From IMG/VR virus record IMGVR_UViG_2799112923_000001: DNA of 64,000 nt. One strand, written 5' to 3'. The position numbers and the translations under genes are program-made. The stretch is from a virus (Duplodnaviria > Heunggongvirae > Uroviricota > Caudoviricetes). Position 1 is the first letter of the stretch. Each line of letters begins with the position of its first letter. The notes under the pieces were generated by a model. That model saw only the letters and a list, made by a program, of their open reading frames with translations. It did not search any database and was not told the origin of the DNA. Positions 57,305-64,000 of this stretch are shown here, one piece after another.

Positions 57305-57333
57305 TTGACAAGGACGAATAATTTTACTATATT
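57305..57333 (+). promoter_or_regulatory. TTGACA-N17-TATATT promoter overlapping the end of 56890..57321
   Basis: -35 at 57305, -10 at 57328; precedes unannotated ORF 57367..57540. Confidence 0.7.
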
Positions 57334-57366
57334 ATAGTTATCAACCACTATATAAAGGAGATAACT

Positions 57367-57540
57367 ATGGAAATTTATATCATTCTCGCAATCGTAGCAG
57401 TTGTTTATGTTGCTAATCGTTATCGTAAGGCAAAGAAGCATCATGACCGAATGAAGCAGAAAATTCAAGAAATGCGAGATAAGAACATACCAGGAGCAGA
57501 ACAAATGTGGAAGTCATTTGGTTTTGATAAAGAGGAATAA
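57367..57540 (+). CDS. Small membrane protein (57 aa, not in ORF track)
   Basis: AAGGAG RBS; MEIYIILAIVAVVYVANRYRK. Confidence 0.65.
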   Translation: MEIYIILAIVAVVYVANRYRKAKKHHDRMKQKIQEMRDKNIPGAEQMWKSFGFDKEE

Positions 57541-59328
57541 TGAACAAAGTAGAAATAGAATCACAAAGTATTGAATTTGTATTTGAAAATTGTGAAGCCA
57601 TTCATATAGATGTTTGGGCTATTGAAAATCTATATTTTGATACCTGTGGAGAAAAATTTACATTTGACTCCCACAGAAAGGACTTATTAAAATCTATCAA
57701 CATGACTGATTTTTATATCAAATTGGATTTAACAAACCCAAAACATTTCTACCATACGAACCGATTGAAAGAAGATAATCTTACAACCGAACAAGATGGA
57801 GAACAATGTATAAATCGTTTGATACATTGTGATGATATTTGCCACTGTTATATTAACGATGTTTGTTATCATGTTCCATTTGTTGAAGATTACAACCATT
57901 GTAAAATTTGTGGGTCGGAAGAAACATACCCCATTTTGAAAAACAAAATCCAAACAAACGAACTCAAAACTTCCAAAGATGGTAAACAAATTCTAATTAT
58001 CAAAATGAAGAAGGATAACTCATGTTCACAAACAGAATCATCAAACTCAGATTAGCCATTGACAGTATTAGACAAAAAATTGAATCGTTAGATTTGCCAT
58101 ACAAAGAAATTGGTTATGAGAATTGGGATTACGGAACCGATAAACCAACTCCAATTCCAAAGTGTTTTACATTCCGTTTTAATTCTTGTTATTATGTTCA
58201 TATTGACATTGAACAAGAAAAATATGGATATGAAGACCCCGATAATTTTGGCACAGACGAGTATTTGACTTGGACTGATGATATTGGCGAAATCAAATTC
58301 AAGATTGACACTGTAGCAAAGGAATACTATGGATATACAGAATCAGACGAAAATTGAATACCCAGTTCACCACGAAGATATTGAAATTCATCCACGCGGT
58401 GCAAACATTAAGAAATGTGAACTGTGTGAAGAACACAAACATATTACACAGAAAGATGGAAATACTGAACAAACTTTTTGGATAGAAATTATTGAAAATT
58501 CCAGTCATTTAGTTTGTGTAAAAATACCCGGTGACCCAAGAGCCGCGATTACTTCAATCAAAATCACTAATTGCCCTTGTTGTGGGAGGAAACTATGATT
58601 AATTTGTTAAAGAAACTTTGTTGGTCTGCCCTTGCTTTGGTAGCCATTGTAGCTGTAATCAAACTTATCAGTGATGTTCAAGATATGACAGAAACTGAAG
58701 AAAGAGTAAAACCAAAAGAATTAGCGGTCATTACTCACGATACCATTGAAGTAACAAAATATGTTCACGATACAGTGTATAGGAGTTTGGATGGAACAGG
58801 TGTAGTAGTTCCAAAAGATACACTATTGTACACGATTAACACACCAGATGAATTTAAAGACAAGAAGTTGTTGGTTGGTTTTCCAAAGATGGAATCAAAG
58901 AACAATGGAATGGTAATTCTACACGGGCACGGTCCAACATTTGAAGATGTTGAGTATTTCACAGTTGGTTGTGAAGGAAAGATTTATACTGTAGACTCAA
59001 AGCCAGGATTACAATGGTGTACTGGGCATTGGGTTGTTCGTATAAAAGAAACTGCGCCAGCACCATCATTGAAACCAGTACAGACAGAAGAAAAAGTCAG
59101 TATCTCAAAAACATTATTTGATGGTGTAATCTAACCATTTTTGTAAATTTTTGTTATATTCTTTGGTATGATATTAAAAGATAACGAAAATAAGGACAAA
59201 ACAGAACTCTCTTTTAGACCAATCGCAGATCCAAGAGAGGGTATCTATACCAACATGGATAAAAAGGATATTGTAATCACAATAGCCCTTTATGTTATTT
59301 TATTTGCTATTCTAGGATATAATTTGTT

Positions 59329-59718
59329 ATGAATTTAGAAGAACAACTAGAACAGTGGAAAAGAGAATATGGTGACTTTCTTGCAAAACTCGGTGAATCA
59401 AAGCGTGAACCCGTCATGACTGAAGCATGGCGAGATTGGTGTATTAAAAATAACGCAACATATTATGATGCCGCTTATGCTAAAATACCAGTTGAAGGTT
59501 ATGAATATGACATAAACTATCGTAATGGTATTTTTTCTGTAAGAAAACTCAGTGCCCGAATTGATGAAAATTATAATGTTAGTATAGATTTATATGCTTC
59601 AAAAACTTACGAATATACAACATATCAAGACCTTGATAATGTATTGAACGAAGAAAAGATTTTCATTAAACGAATGAATGAACTAAAAAATTTGCTACAC
59701 TTACAAGGAGACTTCTAA
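59329..59718 (+). CDS. DF-tail family protein
   Basis: Ends HLQGDF. Confidence 0.7.
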   Translation: MNLEEQLEQWKREYGDFLAKLGESKREPVMTEAWRDWCIKNNATYYDAAYAKIPVEGYEYDINYRNGIFSVRKLSARIDENYNVSIDLYASKTYEYTTYQDLDNVLNEEKIFIKRMNELKNLLHLQGDF

Positions 59719-59901
59719 TGACAACTAATGATGCTATAAATGAATTACTAAAACAACTTGCCATTAATAGTGGTATTGGCGGTGGTTTTTATGGTACAAT
59801 ATTTGGTGACGATAAAGATACTGAAAAAATGAAAACTGTATGTACTGAAGAAGAATGGACTAATTTCTGTGAAGAAATGGGTCTGGAAGAAGGAGATGCT
59901 A

Positions 59902-60252
59902 ATGAATAAGAACAAACTAAATTATTATAATTTCCAACAGGCTCTAGGGAAGAATGGTATTAACTTCTTTGATTTAGACGATGAAATGTGGAATCAAAAG
60001 AACGGTCATATTATGCACTTTTCTTTGGGTAATTTAAAAGTCCAAGTAGAAAATATAGAAAATCGTTATTTTAGAATGTACGATGTTCAGTTCACATTTG
60101 ATAGTGAAGGTCATTTAAATGTTTCCTGGAATGGAGAACAGCAATACGATACACTAGACGATTTGAAGAATGGCATTAAAAATCTAAGGGCTTTGTACAA
60201 GAAAATGCTTGCTTTTAGTAAGAACATTCAAGCTGATAGAGATTTCGTATGA
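59902..60252 (+). CDS. DF-tail family protein
   Basis: Ends QADRDFV. Confidence 0.7.
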   Translation: MNKNKLNYYNFQQALGKNGINFFDLDDEMWNQKNGHIMHFSLGNLKVQVENIENRYFRMYDVQFTFDSEGHLNVSWNGEQQYDTLDDLKNGIKNLRALYKKMLAFSKNIQADRDFV

Positions 60253-60668
60253 GATGGAATGACGTAGAACTTGAAAAAGTAAAAGAAGAACTTGAAAAGA
60301 AATTTGAAGATTTAATCAAAACCAAGTATGGTATTGATGTAACAAAACGCAACACTGACAATGACATTTGTACAGACGAAGAATTTATAGCCTGGTGTAA
60401 GAAAAATGGTTGTAGAGGTTGTTCAGCATATTCAGGTACAATAGAAATTGGTGGTGTTTCAGTTTTAATTCGTAATGAAAAGACTATTTTTGAATGTGAA
60501 GATTTTGAATATACCTTGACAAGAGAAGGTTTCTCTCCAAAAAAGACATTATCAAAGTATTTCCATTCATTTGAATCATTAGAAAAACATTTGAACGATT
60601 TGAAGTTATTTGCTAAACGAGTAGCAGAAATGAAAAGTGTGTATAAAACACAAGAGGATTTTGTATGA
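60249..60668 (+). CDS. DF-tail family protein
   Basis: Ends KTQEDFV. Confidence 0.7.
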   Translation: MRWNDVELEKVKEELEKKFEDLIKTKYGIDVTKRNTDNDICTDEEFIAWCKKNGCRGCSAYSGTIEIGGVSVLIRNEKTIFECEDFEYTLTREGFSPKKTLSKYFHSFESLEKHLNDLKLFAKRVAEMKSVYKTQEDFV

Positions 60669-61165
60669 AAAAGAAATTGTTTATTTCTCAACCAATGAGT
60701 AACATTCCTGAAGATAAAATCTTGAAACAAAGAAAAGAAGCTAAGGAATACATTGAAACTATTTACCCAGATTACACGATTGAAGTAATTGATTCTTTCA
60801 AACAGACTGGCAATACAAATTATAATGCTGCTAGTGCTGTGAATATGTTGGGTAGTGCTATTTCTAAAATGGCAGACGCAGATATTATCTATTTTGCACC
60901 TGGTTGGAAGGAATCCAAGGGGTGTCAGGTAGAAAATGAAATAGCCCGCAGATGGTTAGAAGATACTGGGGTAGAACTCATTGAAGATGGTATGGAAAAA
61001 GTAGAATTATCTTTGACCCAAGCCGAATGGGATATGTTGAAAGAAAAAGCAAATGAAGAAGGAGTTTCTATTCACAAATATATAAATATGAAACTTTCAC
61101 AAGCAGTTGAAAATGGAACATTAGAAGAAATTTTGAAAAATGGAATTAACGATAATTCAAAATAA
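60665..61165 (+). CDS. DUF4406/nucleoside deoxyribosyltransferase-like domain with RHH-like C-terminus
   Basis: LFISQPMS, ADIIYF.PGW.ESKGC.VE..IA; then VELSLT..EW..LKEKA.EEG.SI..YI. Confidence 0.6.
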   Translation: MKKKLFISQPMSNIPEDKILKQRKEAKEYIETIYPDYTIEVIDSFKQTGNTNYNAASAVNMLGSAISKMADADIIYFAPGWKESKGCQVENEIARRWLEDTGVELIEDGMEKVELSLTQAEWDMLKEKANEEGVSIHKYINMKLSQAVENGTLEEILKNGINDNSK

Positions 61166-61532
61166 AGAATTCATTTGCCATTGGCCTGGTTGTTCTGTAA
61201 AGACTACTGACCGAAACCAAATTGAATTTCACCATATCGTACCTAGAGAATTATGGCCGAGATTGAATCAACATGTTACTTTGAGTTTTTGCCCAACACA
61301 CCATAGAATGATATGGCACCCGGAATGTAAGAATGGACCGCATAGCCGAAATAGTCCAAACAAACTACAAATCTTAAATATATACCCTGTAGCACCTGAA
61401 GGCTATGCAGTAGAGTATAAAGATTTTAATGATAAAACATTTTTAGAATGTTTTGAAGGAACATACGCAAATCATATAGACGAGGACGAAGATGAACGAT
61501 ACAACAACAGATTTGGCTACACAAACAGATAA
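61140..61532 (+). CDS. HNH-like nuclease domain protein
   Basis: C...GC, EFHHIVP, N....FCPTHH..I.H. Confidence 0.65.
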   Translation: MELTIIQNKEFICHWPGCSVKTTDRNQIEFHHIVPRELWPRLNQHVTLSFCPTHHRMIWHPECKNGPHSRNSPNKLQILNIYPVAPEGYAVEYKDFNDKTFLECFEGTYANHIDEDEDERYNNRFGYTNR

Positions 61533-61835
61533 TTATTTTGTAGATAACAGCATCAGTACTAACAGTACTAGCCGGTATTGTAGTAACAACTACAACATCA
61601 CCATTAGTTCATAGAACCTGTGGTTATTTGCTAGGTGGTTTAGTTCAAGATAACCAAGAAGAAAAAGAACCATTGTGTACTCAGGAAGAATGGGATGAAT
61701 TTGTTCAAGAAATGGGTTTGGAAAAAGAAGAACCTATGCGTTATTACGATGTAAACAATACAACTGAGTATTCATTGACAGCTACCAATAGCATAACTGT
61801 ATCAGGGAATAACATAACTGTATCATGGTAATAAT

Positions 61836-62243
61836 ATGACTACAAGTGGAAACGCAAGTTTAAATTCAAATTTAACAAGTGGAAGCAGTTTAACAAATTA
61901 TAATGGATATGTTAGTGTTAGTGGAACATTAGGAACTATAACTCCTTCAACGGCAAGTATTTGGACTACTAATTTCTATGCCCACGATACATATAAAATA
62001 CAGATTGGTGATTACAAAATGAGTATTACCAATTATCAAAACAAAACACTAATAGCAGATAGTGTTTCATTTAATTTCAAGACTACTGCTACTGGTGTGA
62101 AATTAGTTGTGTCTGGAAACTACGAAACTATGGCTTTCAATTCTTTACAAGAACTGAAAGAATATATTGTTAGAGTTAAAGCCACATACTTGAAAGCAAA
62201 AGAAATGGAAAAGCAGCTTAATATAATGGGAGATTTTACATAA
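61836..62243 (+). CDS. DF-tail family protein with S/T-rich N-terminus
   Basis: Ends NIMGDFT. Confidence 0.65.
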   Translation: MTTSGNASLNSNLTSGSSLTNYNGYVSVSGTLGTITPSTASIWTTNFYAHDTYKIQIGDYKMSITNYQNKTLIADSVSFNFKTTATGVKLVVSGNYETMAFNSLQELKEYIVRVKATYLKAKEMEKQLNIMGDFT

Positions 62244-62477
62244 ATGGTAGCATTTTGTATTGGATTAATTATAGTCAGTTTATTGCTACTATATCCATTA
62301 CTGAAAGATGGTACTTTTGATTCGCTCAGTTGTTTGGGTGTAGCTGGTGTTATTGCGACTGTATTTTTTGCGATACTAACAATAATTACGAAGTTTAGCA
62401 ATTAACAAAATAATTAAATGGGTAGTTTACTAACTGCCCATTTTTGATTATATTTTGGCAAAACTAAAGGAGATTTT

Positions 62478-62624
62478 ATGGATGATTATAGACCAATTAT
62501 CACCCAGGAAGAATGGGAACAGTTTGTTCAAGAATTTGGATTGGAATTAGCAGTCACCAAAACTGATGACGTTGACGATTTTTTCCAAAGATTAGAAAAT
62601 GACTTTGACGGGAGCCCGTGGTAA
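62478..62624 (+). CDS. 48-aa acidic protein (not in ORF track)
   Basis: AAGGAG RBS; MDDYRPIITQEEWEQFVQEFGLE... Confidence 0.65.
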   Translation: MDDYRPIITQEEWEQFVQEFGLELAVTKTDDVDDFFQRLENDFDGSPW

Positions 62625-62905
62625 TGATTAGACGAACAGAAAACGCATTTTATAAACTGGATAAAGATTTAAGCATTTCAGTTAAATACTTTGATAATAA
62701 AATTCTAATCTTTCCATTAGAATTGAATTTCAAACCTGCCAACAAAAGAAATACTCATTTGGATGCAAGTATTTACCATTCGTATGAACCAGTTGAGTTT
62801 GACCAGTTGGATGATGCTCGTAAATACCTGAAGAGTTTAATCAAAACATATAAGCAGTATAAAGAAATTATCAAATTCCAAAAAGCATCCGAAGATTTTA
62901 AATAA
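62624..62905 (+). CDS. DF-tail family protein
   Basis: Ends KASEDFK. Confidence 0.7.
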   Translation: MIRRTENAFYKLDKDLSISVKYFDNKILIFPLELNFKPANKRNTHLDASIYHSYEPVEFDQLDDARKYLKSLIKTYKQYKEIIKFQKASEDFK

Positions 62906-63486
62906 GGAGAATAAATGTTTTACTTTTTATTACCATTGTTTTTAGTCGGTGTAGCAGTTGTTTTAGCAACTACTATTCATAGTGAAAACAAATTAGCAGA
63001 AAACCCATTTCGTGTAGCACAGCTCGGAAATGGTGATTGGGTTGTTCAGCAATGGTCAGTAGTTCATTCTTCATATTACGATGATGGAACTACCCGAAAT
63101 CAATATGATTGGGTGACAATCTATACTGGAACTGACAAAGATGACGCTGTTCTTCAGTACAAAATCTATTTGAAAGAAAAGAGAAAGGCTACTGCCGAAC
63201 AGTTGGAAAAAGAAAGACAAGAAGAACAAACAAAGAAAGAAATTGAAGAATCACAGAAAGTGGTTAAGGTATTAAAAATAAAGGAGTAAACTATGAAATT
63301 TCTCAAACTATTTCTAATAGAAATCGGAATTTTCTTATGGTTCATTGGCTGGTATCAGTTCGGTTGTTCCATTGAGAGTTTTTGGTTAAGACTAATCCCC
63401 AATTACATAGCCATTTTGCCTGTTCATATCTTCCTTTATGACGGTTTGTATAATAAAATTTACAAAGAAAAGCAAAAGTAGCCATT

Positions 63487-63552
63487 TGTAAACATTATTT
63501 TACACAGTTTTATAAGAAATCCATTGACAACAATGGATTTTTTTGCTATATT
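63487..63552 (+). promoter_or_regulatory. Palindrome + promoter cassette
   Basis: Palindrome 63487-63504; TTGACA 63524 in perfect hairpin AAATCCATTG/CAATGGATTT; TATATT 63547. Confidence 0.85.
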
Positions 63553-63921
63553 ACTATATGTAAACAAGAAACAACGAGGTAACAATGGCTGTTAGAACAT
63601 ACACGATTGACAAACTCAATGCTAACATTTCTGCCGCTAAATGTGAATATGAAGATTACATTTTCAATCTCGGCGTGGATGGAAGAATTATCAAGGTGAA
63701 TGTTCACAACAAGAATAACCATTGTGAAAAAGTTGCGACATTTAAGTTTGAACTCGCAATTTGCGTAAATACTATGATGCGTGATTGTGATATGGTTGGA
63801 ACACATTTGTTCTATGATGGTGTTATTTTTGAAAACGAAAAGAACACTGAAGAAGAAAAAGAATCTGTAAAACAGATTAACGAAATCTTTACTAACTACT
63901 AATCAAAGGAGATAACTAAAT

Positions 63922-64000
63922 ATGAAGAAAATCATTCTACTCGCAGTATTCGCTATCGCTCTCACCATGACTGGTTGTAATGGTTGTACGATGATGGCAA
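63922..64000 (+). CDS. Lipoprotein (partial, runs off window)
   Basis: MKKIILLAVFAIALTMTGC lipobox. Confidence 0.55.
   Translation, partial: MKKIILLAVFAIALTMTGCNGCTMMA

Noticed and set aside
61081-61088. Additional TATAAATA late promoter
   Set aside because: Lies within a coding region of AT-rich DNA, where a chance match is likely
61492-61627. Possible TAG read-through or frameshifted membrane gene before 61628
   Set aside because: Two competing low-complexity frames and no clear start for the hydrophobic one; not supportable from sequence alone

Overview
An AT-rich, gene-dense, 64 kb segment of a large (jumbo-type, probably T4-related myovirus-like) phage genome. Essentially all real genes are on the + strand in the standard code. 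Positions 1-7.7 kb hold virion structural genes, including a T4 gp14-like neck protein. The rest is an early/accessory region of short ORFs with scattered metabolic genes. These include a complete deamidating NAD+ salvage set (PncA, PncB, NadD-Nudix, NadE), CoaD and CoaE, an NAD-dependent DNA ligase split into two separately promoted genes, a lytic transglycosylase, an M18 aminopeptidase, Hsp20 and GroEL. Two sequence-level systems stand out. (1) About 38 otherwise dissimilar proteins end in a charged helix plus a hydrophobic-x-x-D-F motif. (2) A recurring intergenic cassette has a TGTAAA-N6-TTTACA palindrome exactly 19 nt upstream of a TTGACA-N17-TATATT promoter, whose -35 box often sits inside a terminator-like hairpin. 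This cassette heads most NAD-related genes. All calls come from motif reading only; no database searches were run. Many short hypothetical ORFs are not listed individually.
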